Assembly (NCBI GenBank): GCA_000004985.1
Contig: GG739007.1
Length of the DNA stretch: 12,077 bases
Source of the DNA: Naegleria gruberi
Lineage: Eukaryota
Reading direction: 5' to 3' (one strand)
The first letter of the stretch is position 1. Each line of letters starts with the position of its first letter. The notes under the pieces were generated by a model, which searched no databases, was not told the DNA's origin, and was given only the letters and a program-made list of their open reading frames with translations. This document shows positions 1 to 8,700 of this stretch, one piece after another. The translations under genes were made by a program, and so were the position numbers.

Positions 1-712
1 TGCTTGGCATTATCAACTATTGTTTTAATAGATTATTATGTATAGTAGTATGGTTGCCTTTATACTTGGCTATCTTACACTCGTGGAATTTTCTTCCAAC
101 AATAACCAATAAAAAAGAAGCGCATGAGTGTTGATAGACAAATGAAAAGGTTATTCAAGTGATGCAAAAATTTGTATGTATGGCATGTTGAGTATCTGCC
201 TTTTCAAGTGGCCTTTCACATGTAAGGTTGGCGCTTGTAATTGGACTTCTAAAGTCTCTCAGGATGCAACAAGCACATCATGAAACTCGTCTTGTTGATT
301 ATGACGTATGAACCTTCTTGTTGGAATTTGTTTATCCTCAACACTTTGTTGATCCACCTTGTTGATTGTAGATGTACATGATGTATGTGAAGGAAGTTGA
401 AATGGTTTGAGGTGTTTGGTTTGTTCAATTTTTGTTTGTGCAATCAAAGGTCTGTTGAATGCTCATCTAATAATTGATTGTGAGTGATTTTGCTGCGTGT
501 TGAGTGAGGAAACCCAGATGCGTTTCATTGAACTGGAGTCAAGGCCAGCTAATATCCACATGCTCAAAAATGGTTGTTGGAAATTTGCTCAATTTCATAT
601 CAGAGTATAATTATTATTATGAGGATTCACATCTTGTATTCAAAACATTCCAAATAAGAACAATGTCTCAAAAATCTTCATATTTGTTCAAAGTTATCTT
701 GGCAAAATTATC

Positions 713-784
713 CTCCCATGCCGGGAATTGAACCCGGACCTCCTGGGTGAAAGCCAGGTATCCTAGCCATTGGACTACACGGGA
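713..784 (-). tRNA. tRNA-Glu (anticodon UUC), 72 nt, intronless
   Basis: Minus-strand read: TCCCGTGTAGTCCAATGGCTAGGATACCTGGCTTTCACCCAGGAGGTCCGGGTTCAATTCCCGGCATGGGA plus discriminator G. 7-bp acceptor stem (one G-U). Anticodon stem CCTGG/CCAGG with loop CTTTCAC, giving anticodon TTC. T-arm CCGGG-TTCAATT-CCCGG (B box GGTTCAATTCC). D-arm contains an A-box-like TAGTCCAATGG. T4/T5 runs lie downstream on the minus strand (plus-strand A-runs at 704..707 and 670..674). Confidence 0.9.
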
Positions 785-819
785 TGTTATAAACAATGAA
801 AATAATTTCTATATATACA

Positions 820-827
820 CGGTATTA
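820..827 (-). promoter_or_regulatory. TATA-like element (TATATATA) 36-43 bp upstream of the tRNA-Glu 5' end
   Basis: tatatata at 820..827. The tRNA 5' end maps to 784 on the minus strand. Upstream TATA elements are needed for Pol III genes in some lineages (S. pombe, plants, insects). Confidence 0.35.
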
Positions 828-1052
828 CATGTTTTACCTCAATGCTCCTTTCTCTTTAAAAACGTGCTCCTTTTTCCATTCTAAGAACGTAATTCCCTAA
901 GCTGCTTTTATACTAATTGAACATCCATAAGAATCTAGTGTTATATGGAATATTGTTAAATAGGTTTAAACTCTAAACAATGAACTCTATCCTAAAATGA
1001 TGAATTACTCCAATAAGAAAAGAAATTTTTACAAAATACAATTCACAAAAAG

Positions 1053-1455
1053 ATGTTTTCACACACGAATGGAAAACATCAAAACAGAAGAGAATCAATT
1101 ATTGGAGGAGGGAAAATGAGAAAACAGTCTAGATTAGATTTCATGGATGCGTTCTCATCTGATTTTGATAGCGATGATGGCAATGAGTTTCCAATAATTC
1201 ATCGCTACAATTCAAAAGAAGAAACAAACGAAACTGAATCAAAAAGTCAAGTATCGTCTCTTAAGAAATCAAAGAAGAAGAACCATCAAACAAAATGTGG
1301 AGAATGTGGACTAAACTGCACTAGATATGGCTTCCGAATTATGAATTTAATTTTCGTCTTGTTTGTGTTTCAAACATTCTTTGGAATTTTGGCTTCTTTC
1401 GTTTTGCTCTTCTCAAGTGGATCTGAGATTTACAAAAGCACAAGTGGATATGACA
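1053..1455 (+). CDS. Hypothetical membrane protein, N-terminal 134 aa only (rest masked): Ser/Asp/Lys-rich hydrophilic N-terminal region, CGECGLNC motif, then one hydrophobic signal-anchor/TM segment
   Basis: ATG at 1053 in an A-rich context (aaaaagATGt), with an in-frame TAA at 1014 upstream. Uninterrupted ORF to the mask edge with AGA/TTG/GGA-type codon usage. Residues ~96-122 (IMNLIFVLFVFQTFFGILASFVLLFSS) are strongly hydrophobic and follow a ~95-aa charged region (DSDDGNEF, KKSKKKNHQ). No family recognised by eye. Confidence 0.55.
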
Positions 1456-3828
1456 NNNNNNNNNNNNNNNNNNNNNNNNNNNNNNNNNNNNNNNNNNNNN
1501 NNNNNNNNNNNNNNNNNNNNNNNNNNNNNNNNNNNNNNNNNNNNNNNNNNNNNNNNNNNNNNNNNNNNNNNNNNNNNNNNNNNNNNNNNNNNNNNNNNNN
1601 NNNNNNNNNNNNNNNNNNNNNNNNNNNNNNNNNNNNNNNNNNNNNNNNNNNNNNNNNNNNNNNNNNNNNNNNNNNNNNNNNNNNNNNNNNNNNNNNNNNN
1701 NNNNNNNNNNNNNNNNNNNNNNNNNNNNNNNNNNNNNNNNNNNNNNNNNNNNNNNNNNNNNNNNNNNNNNNNNNNNNNNNNNNNNNNNNNNNNNNNNNNN
1801 NNNNNNNNNNNNNNNNNNNNNNNNNNNNNNNNNNNNNNNNNNNNNNNNNNNNNNNNNNNNNNNNNNNNNNNNNNNNNNNNNNNNNNNNNNNNNNNNNNNN
1901 NNNNNNNNNNNNNNNNNNNNNNNNNNNNNNNNNNNNNNNNNNNNNNNNNNNNNNNNNNNNNNNNNNNNNNNNNNNNNNNNNNNNNNNNNNNNNNNNNNNN
2001 NNNNNNNNNNNNNNNNNNNNNNNNNNNNNNNNNNNNNNNNNNNNNNNNNNNNNNNNNNNNNNNNNNNNNNNNNNNNNNNNNNNNNNNNNNNNNNNNNNNN
2101 NNNNNNNNNNNNNNNNNNNNNNNNNNNNNNNNNNNNNNNNNNNNNNNNNNNNNNNNNNNNNNNNNNNNNNNNNNNNNNNNNNNNNNNNNNNNNNNNNNNN
2201 NNNNNNNNNNNNNNNNNNNNNNNNNNNNNNNNNNNNNNNNNNNNNNNNNNNNNNNNNNNNNNNNNNNNNNNNNNNNNNNNNNNNNNNNNNNNNNNNNNNN
2301 NNNNNNNNNNNNNNNNNNNNNNNNNNNNNNNNNNNNNNNNNNNNNNNNNNNNNNNNNNNNNNNNNNNNNNNNNNNNNNNNNNNNNNNNNNNNNNNNNNNN
2401 NNNNNNNNNNNNNNNNNNNNNNNNNNNNNNNNNNNNNNNNNNNNNNNNNNNNNNNNNNNNNNNNNNNNNNNNNNNNNNNNNNNNNNNNNNNNNNNNNNNN
2501 NNNNNNNNNNNNNNNNNNNNNNNNNNNNNNNNNNNNNNNNNNNNNNNNNNNNNNNNNNNNNNNNNNNNNNNNNNNNNNNNNNNNNNNNNNNNNNNNNNNN
2601 NNNNNNNNNNNNNNNNNNNNNNNNNNNNNNNNNNNNNNNNNNNNNNNNNNNNNNNNNNNNNNNNNNNNNNNNNNNNNNNNNNNNNNNNNNNNNNNNNNNN
2701 NNNNNNNNNNNNNNNNNNNNNNNNNNNNNNNNNNNNNNNNNNNNNNNNNNNNNNNNNNNNNNNNNNNNNNNNNNNNNNNNNNNNNNNNNNNNNNNNNNNN
2801 NNNNNNNNNNNNNNNNNNNNNNNNNNNNNNNNNNNNNNNNNNNNNNNNNNNNNNNNNNNNNNNNNNNNNNNNNNNNNNNNNNNNNNNNNNNNNNNNNNNN
2901 NNNNNNNNNNNNNNNNNNNNNNNNNNNNNNNNNNNNNNNNNNNNNNNNNNNNNNNNNNNNNNNNNNNNNNNNNNNNNNNNNNNNNNNNNNNNNNNNNNNN
3001 NNNNNNNNNNNNNNNNNNNNNNNNNNNNNNNNNNNNNNNNNNNNNNNNNNNNNNNNNNNNNNNNNNNNNNNNNNNNNNNNNNNNNNNNNNNNNNNNNNNN
3101 NNNNNNNNNNNNNNNNNNNNNNNNNNNNNNNNNNNNNNNNNNNNNNNNNNNNNNNNNNNNNNNNNNNNNNNNNNNNNNNNNNNNNNNNNNNNNNNNNNNN
3201 NNNNNNNNNNNNNNNNNNNNNNNNNNNNNNNNNNNNNNNNNNNNNNNNNNNNNNNNNNNNNNNNNNNNNNNNNNNNNNNNNNNNNNNNNNNNNNNNNNNN
3301 NNNNNNNNNNNNNNNNNNNNNNNNNNNNNNNNNNNNNNNNNNNNNNNNNNNNNNNNNNNNNNNNNNNNNNNNNNNNNNNNNNNNNNNNNNNNNNNNNNNN
3401 NNNNNNNNNNNNNNNNNNNNNNNNNNNNNNNNNNNNNNNNNNNNNNNNNNNNNNNNNNNNNNNNNNNNNNNNNNNNNNNNNNNNNNNNNNNNNNNNNNNN
3501 NNNNNNNNNNNNNNNNNNNNNNNNNNNNNNNNNNNNNNNNNNNNNNNNNNNNNNNNNNNNNNNNNNNNNNNNNNNNNNNNNNNNNNNNNNNNNNNNNNNN
3601 NNNNNNNNNNNNNNNNNNNNNNNNNNNNNNNNNNNNNNNNNNNNNNNNNNNNNNNNNNNNNNNNNNNNNNNNNNNNNNNNNNNNNNNNNNNNNNNNNNNN
3701 NNNNNNNNNNNNNNNNNNNNNNNNNNNNNNNNNNNNNNNNNNNNNNNNNNNNNNNNNNNNNNNNNNNNNNNNNNNNNNNNNNNNNNNNNNNNNNNNNNNN
3801 NNNNNNNNNNNNNNNNNNNNNNNNNNNN
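1456..3828. other. Run of N (2373 nt): hard-masked sequence or a sized assembly gap; content unknowable
   Basis: Contiguous n characters. Starts inside the 1053 ORF. ORF-track proteins spanning it are runs of X. Confidence 0.99.
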
Positions 3829-4625
3829 TTATCTATTTAGAAAGAGAACTTGTGGTTGATCAATAAACCTTCAAATTTCGAATTTGAGTCTTCAAATATT
3901 TTGCACTTTTTCATCGTGTTGAACTTCTTCATTGAAAAATGAGGATTAACAAACCTGGCGTTGTTTATTTCCAATACTGGTAGATCAATAATAAGACAAA
4001 ATAAAACCCTAACTCCAATAGAGTGCAATGAAGATACGACACAATCACCATGTTGATTAATAAAAGGAAAGTTTTGTTATAGAGTTTAATTGGCAGCTCT
4101 CGGGCATAGTTGTAATATTTTTCTTTTAATTGATAAAAAGTTTAAGGTACCAATCTGCATGTTCACAAATCCCCCATTCACAAACCATGGCTGGTAAGGA
4201 ATGCAGCAATCATCTATGAACGAGGAAACCTACAATGAAGCATGTTTCCAGTTCGATATCATGCTCAAGATATGTGACTACAGAGTCTTCATCTTGGTTA
4301 ACCTCAAAGGTCAGATTGACTCAAAAAAGTCGAGTTTATGTATTCCTACAGAAAAGATCCTGTAGAAGTACAGTCAATGGTTTTTTCAATCTTGCATCCT
4401 CAATGATGTTATATTGGTTGTGAAAGTGTGAAATGTTGCGAGGAAAAGTTATGGTTAAAAAATTGGGGAAAATTGGAAAATCAATTCAAGAAAATATTTG
4501 AATAAGTTGGGAGAATAAATTAAGATTGGTTTCAAGGCGAATAAAGATGATAAAGAATAATATTATGGATGATATGAAAATAAGATGCTAAGGAGCAATG
4601 GCTAACTTGAAAATATAGAATGTTG

Positions 4626-4633
4626 GTATATTT
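4626..4633 (+). promoter_or_regulatory. TATA-like element (GTATATTT) 36-43 bp upstream of tRNA-Leu
   Basis: tatattt at about -42 relative to the tRNA 5' end at 4669. A second AT element (aaatatagaa) sits near -55. Same spacing as the element upstream of tRNA-Glu. Confidence 0.3.
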
Positions 4634-4668
4634 CAAAGTGAAAAACCAGTTTTTTAAGATTAGATGAA

Positions 4669-4749
4669 GCAGGGGTTCCCGAGTGGTCAAAGGGGGTAGA
4701 CTCAAGTTCTACTGCGCAAGCTTCGTGGGTTCAAATCCCACCTTCTGCA
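4669..4749 (+). tRNA. tRNA-Leu (anticodon CAA), class II with long variable arm, 81 nt, intronless
   Basis: GCAGGGGTTCCCGAGTGGTCAAAGGGGGTAGACTCAAGTTCTACTGCGCAAGCTTCGTGGGTTCAAATCCCACCTTCTGCA. Acceptor GCAGGGG/CTTCTGC (two G-U pairs), discriminator A. A box TTCCCGAGTGG. Anticodon stem GTAGA/TCTAC with loop CTCAAGT, anticodon CAA and G37. 12-nt variable region TGCGCAAGCTTC. T-arm GTGGG-TTCAAAT-CCCAC (B box GGTTCAAATCC). Confidence 0.9.
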
Positions 4750-4751
4750 AC

Positions 4752-4779
4752 TTTTGCTTGCTTCTCCTTCAACTTTTTT
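4752..4779 (+). terminator. Pol III terminator T-runs downstream of tRNA-Leu (T4 at 4752..4755, T6 at 4774..4779)
   Basis: cttttgcttgcttctccttcaacttttttg follows the tRNA 3' end directly. Runs of four or more T on the non-template strand terminate Pol III. Confidence 0.5.
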
Positions 4780-4993
4780 GTGTTGTTTCGTTATAATATA
4801 TCATTACCTTCAGTATCATGTATAGTATCCACTCTGAAAATATTATCCAATGATATAAAGCTTCCATCAAGAAAATCATCAATGATTACAAGCACCTCAA
4901 AATCCTTAAACTTGTTAAAAGATTCAATCCACCATTGGTTTGTACTGCCGAAAGATTGGAGAAAAAGGCAATTTATTACTAAATGCTAAACTC

Positions 4994-5796
4994 TTATTGT
5001 TTAGGCATTGCATCACAGTAATCTGTGTAGAGTGGTATATCTTCCTTAAGACCCTTTCTCTTTCTGATAGATTTGATGAGCTTGTGAACTTTAGATTGAG
5101 GATCATAAACATTGTCTTCCATAACTTTCCAATGACTGAAACTGCATTGAGGGAAAGCTTGTCCTTGAGTCACACCTCTCAACTCTTCTGTTAAACCGAA
5201 ACTTTCCAGCACAGGTAAATTACCTGTAATACTAACGAGAGGAGTACCAATTACCATTTCAGTAGATTTGATAACACCTCTTCTATTGGAAATGACACTA
5301 TAGACAGAACCCATCACTGATTGAGGACATTGAACTTCAACAAGATACATTGGTTCAACTAACTTTGGATCAGCTCTCAATTGACTAGCAGTCATGACAC
5401 GTGATGTTGCTTGGAGAATTTGACCAGCTCCACGATGGATAGAATCTGCATGAAGATTACAATCATTAAATTTGAATAAAACACCTCTCATTGCTTCATC
5501 ACATAAACCTCCTGAAGAACTGCTTTGTTGGAAACTAGTGACAACATATTGTTGAATTTCATTAATATAGTCAACTGACTTGGTTGCATTAACCAAAATG
5601 TTACTACCCTTATCAGCTTCAGGTCCAAAACTCCAAATTCTCTTTGTTATGCTAGGATCCCATTCAAAGTCAATTTCTAAAATCTTGGCTCTCTTGTTTT
5701 GATCATCCATTGGCAATTGACCTTCCTTAATCATTTCAATCAATTCCTCACTGATTGGTTCAGCTTGCATGTATAAACGATTGTGACCGTTAGCAT
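4994..5796 (-). CDS. eEF2-family translocase, C-terminal 267 aa (domains IV-V) including the stop; upstream part masked. A divergent eEF2-like protein.
   Basis: Minus-strand ORF open from the mask edge to TAA (4994..4996). The translation ...GHNRLYMQAEPISEE...RIWSFGPE...NLHADSIHRGAGQIL...EPMYLVEVQCPQ...GTPLVSITGNLPVLESFGLTEELRGVTQGQAFPQCSFSHW...RKRKGLKEDIP...* aligns colinearly with the eEF2 C-terminus (yeast KHNRIYLKAEPI, LHADAIHRGGGQIIP, LPVNESFGFT, GGQAFPQ.VF.HW; human RKRKGLKEGIP). The HW-to-RKRKGL spacer matches eEF2 in length and does not match Snu114/EFTUD2. No introns in the visible 803 nt. Confidence 0.9.
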
Positions 5797-8700
5797 NNNN
5801 NNNNNNNNNNNNNNNNNNNNNNNNNNNNNNNNNNNNNNNNNNNNNNNNNNNNNNNNNNNNNNNNNNNNNNNNNNNNNNNNNNNNNNNNNNNNNNNNNNNN
5901 NNNNNNNNNNNNNNNNNNNNNNNNNNNNNNNNNNNNNNNNNNNNNNNNNNNNNNNNNNNNNNNNNNNNNNNNNNNNNNNNNNNNNNNNNNNNNNNNNNNN
6001 NNNNNNNNNNNNNNNNNNNNNNNNNNNNNNNNNNNNNNNNNNNNNNNNNNNNNNNNNNNNNNNNNNNNNNNNNNNNNNNNNNNNNNNNNNNNNNNNNNNN
6101 NNNNNNNNNNNNNNNNNNNNNNNNNNNNNNNNNNNNNNNNNNNNNNNNNNNNNNNNNNNNNNNNNNNNNNNNNNNNNNNNNNNNNNNNNNNNNNNNNNNN
6201 NNNNNNNNNNNNNNNNNNNNNNNNNNNNNNNNNNNNNNNNNNNNNNNNNNNNNNNNNNNNNNNNNNNNNNNNNNNNNNNNNNNNNNNNNNNNNNNNNNNN
6301 NNNNNNNNNNNNNNNNNNNNNNNNNNNNNNNNNNNNNNNNNNNNNNNNNNNNNNNNNNNNNNNNNNNNNNNNNNNNNNNNNNNNNNNNNNNNNNNNNNNN
6401 NNNNNNNNNNNNNNNNNNNNNNNNNNNNNNNNNNNNNNNNNNNNNNNNNNNNNNNNNNNNNNNNNNNNNNNNNNNNNNNNNNNNNNNNNNNNNNNNNNNN
6501 NNNNNNNNNNNNNNNNNNNNNNNNNNNNNNNNNNNNNNNNNNNNNNNNNNNNNNNNNNNNNNNNNNNNNNNNNNNNNNNNNNNNNNNNNNNNNNNNNNNN
6601 NNNNNNNNNNNNNNNNNNNNNNNNNNNNNNNNNNNNNNNNNNNNNNNNNNNNNNNNNNNNNNNNNNNNNNNNNNNNNNNNNNNNNNNNNNNNNNNNNNNN
6701 NNNNNNNNNNNNNNNNNNNNNNNNNNNNNNNNNNNNNNNNNNNNNNNNNNNNNNNNNNNNNNNNNNNNNNNNNNNNNNNNNNNNNNNNNNNNNNNNNNNN
6801 NNNNNNNNNNNNNNNNNNNNNNNNNNNNNNNNNNNNNNNNNNNNNNNNNNNNNNNNNNNNNNNNNNNNNNNNNNNNNNNNNNNNNNNNNNNNNNNNNNNN
6901 NNNNNNNNNNNNNNNNNNNNNNNNNNNNNNNNNNNNNNNNNNNNNNNNNNNNNNNNNNNNNNNNNNNNNNNNNNNNNNNNNNNNNNNNNNNNNNNNNNNN
7001 NNNNNNNNNNNNNNNNNNNNNNNNNNNNNNNNNNNNNNNNNNNNNNNNNNNNNNNNNNNNNNNNNNNNNNNNNNNNNNNNNNNNNNNNNNNNNNNNNNNN
7101 NNNNNNNNNNNNNNNNNNNNNNNNNNNNNNNNNNNNNNNNNNNNNNNNNNNNNNNNNNNNNNNNNNNNNNNNNNNNNNNNNNNNNNNNNNNNNNNNNNNN
7201 NNNNNNNNNNNNNNNNNNNNNNNNNNNNNNNNNNNNNNNNNNNNNNNNNNNNNNNNNNNNNNNNNNNNNNNNNNNNNNNNNNNNNNNNNNNNNNNNNNNN
7301 NNNNNNNNNNNNNNNNNNNNNNNNNNNNNNNNNNNNNNNNNNNNNNNNNNNNNNNNNNNNNNNNNNNNNNNNNNNNNNNNNNNNNNNNNNNNNNNNNNNN
7401 NNNNNNNNNNNNNNNNNNNNNNNNNNNNNNNNNNNNNNNNNNNNNNNNNNNNNNNNNNNNNNNNNNNNNNNNNNNNNNNNNNNNNNNNNNNNNNNNNNNN
7501 NNNNNNNNNNNNNNNNNNNNNNNNNNNNNNNNNNNNNNNNNNNNNNNNNNNNNNNNNNNNNNNNNNNNNNNNNNNNNNNNNNNNNNNNNNNNNNNNNNNN
7601 NNNNNNNNNNNNNNNNNNNNNNNNNNNNNNNNNNNNNNNNNNNNNNNNNNNNNNNNNNNNNNNNNNNNNNNNNNNNNNNNNNNNNNNNNNNNNNNNNNNN
7701 NNNNNNNNNNNNNNNNNNNNNNNNNNNNNNNNNNNNNNNNNNNNNNNNNNNNNNNNNNNNNNNNNNNNNNNNNNNNNNNNNNNNNNNNNNNNNNNNNNNN
7801 NNNNNNNNNNNNNNNNNNNNNNNNNNNNNNNNNNNNNNNNNNNNNNNNNNNNNNNNNNNNNNNNNNNNNNNNNNNNNNNNNNNNNNNNNNNNNNNNNNNN
7901 NNNNNNNNNNNNNNNNNNNNNNNNNNNNNNNNNNNNNNNNNNNNNNNNNNNNNNNNNNNNNNNNNNNNNNNNNNNNNNNNNNNNNNNNNNNNNNNNNNNN
8001 NNNNNNNNNNNNNNNNNNNNNNNNNNNNNNNNNNNNNNNNNNNNNNNNNNNNNNNNNNNNNNNNNNNNNNNNNNNNNNNNNNNNNNNNNNNNNNNNNNNN
8101 NNNNNNNNNNNNNNNNNNNNNNNNNNNNNNNNNNNNNNNNNNNNNNNNNNNNNNNNNNNNNNNNNNNNNNNNNNNNNNNNNNNNNNNNNNNNNNNNNNNN
8201 NNNNNNNNNNNNNNNNNNNNNNNNNNNNNNNNNNNNNNNNNNNNNNNNNNNNNNNNNNNNNNNNNNNNNNNNNNNNNNNNNNNNNNNNNNNNNNNNNNNN
8301 NNNNNNNNNNNNNNNNNNNNNNNNNNNNNNNNNNNNNNNNNNNNNNNNNNNNNNNNNNNNNNNNNNNNNNNNNNNNNNNNNNNNNNNNNNNNNNNNNNNN
8401 NNNNNNNNNNNNNNNNNNNNNNNNNNNNNNNNNNNNNNNNNNNNNNNNNNNNNNNNNNNNNNNNNNNNNNNNNNNNNNNNNNNNNNNNNNNNNNNNNNNN
8501 NNNNNNNNNNNNNNNNNNNNNNNNNNNNNNNNNNNNNNNNNNNNNNNNNNNNNNNNNNNNNNNNNNNNNNNNNNNNNNNNNNNNNNNNNNNNNNNNNNNN
8601 NNNNNNNNNNNNNNNNNNNNNNNNNNNNNNNNNNNNNNNNNNNNNNNNNNNNNNNNNNNNNNNNNNNNNNNNNNNNNNNNNNNNNNNNNNNNNNNNNNNN

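Noticed and set aside
249-447. Two overlapping minus-strand ORFs of 62 and 64 aa
   Set aside because: They are translations of the CA-rich strand of a compositionally biased tract. They are mutually overlapping in different frames, with no homology recognised.
504-731. 75-aa plus-strand ORF
   Set aside because: Its 3' end overlaps the tRNA-Glu gene. It has a TTG/GTG-type start context and low-complexity composition. No support.
987-993. C-box-like ATGATGA (also TGATGATGAT at about 11969 inside sirtuin intron 3)
   Set aside because: No appropriately spaced D box or terminal stem. The intronic copy is on the wrong strand relative to the host gene and is part of an AT microsatellite.
4003-4012. 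Telomere-like ccctaa
   Set aside because: Single copy, not tandem.
4187-4251. ATGGCTG followed by a GTAAGG...GTTTCCAG intron-like segment (58 nt)
   Set aside because: The downstream frame after the putative splice hits TGA within 9 codons. Unspliced, it gives only MAGKECSNHL*. No supportable gene model.
4251-4262. B-box-like GTTCGATATC
   Set aside because: No foldable acceptor, D or anticodon arms around it on either strand.
3837-5194. Small ORFs 3837..4028(-), 4235..4423(+), 4780..4989(+), 4924..5112(-) and 4940..5194(+)
   Set aside because: The last three lie in or antisense to the eEF2-like 3' UTR and CDS end. The others are short, lack homology and match random expectation in AT-rich DNA.
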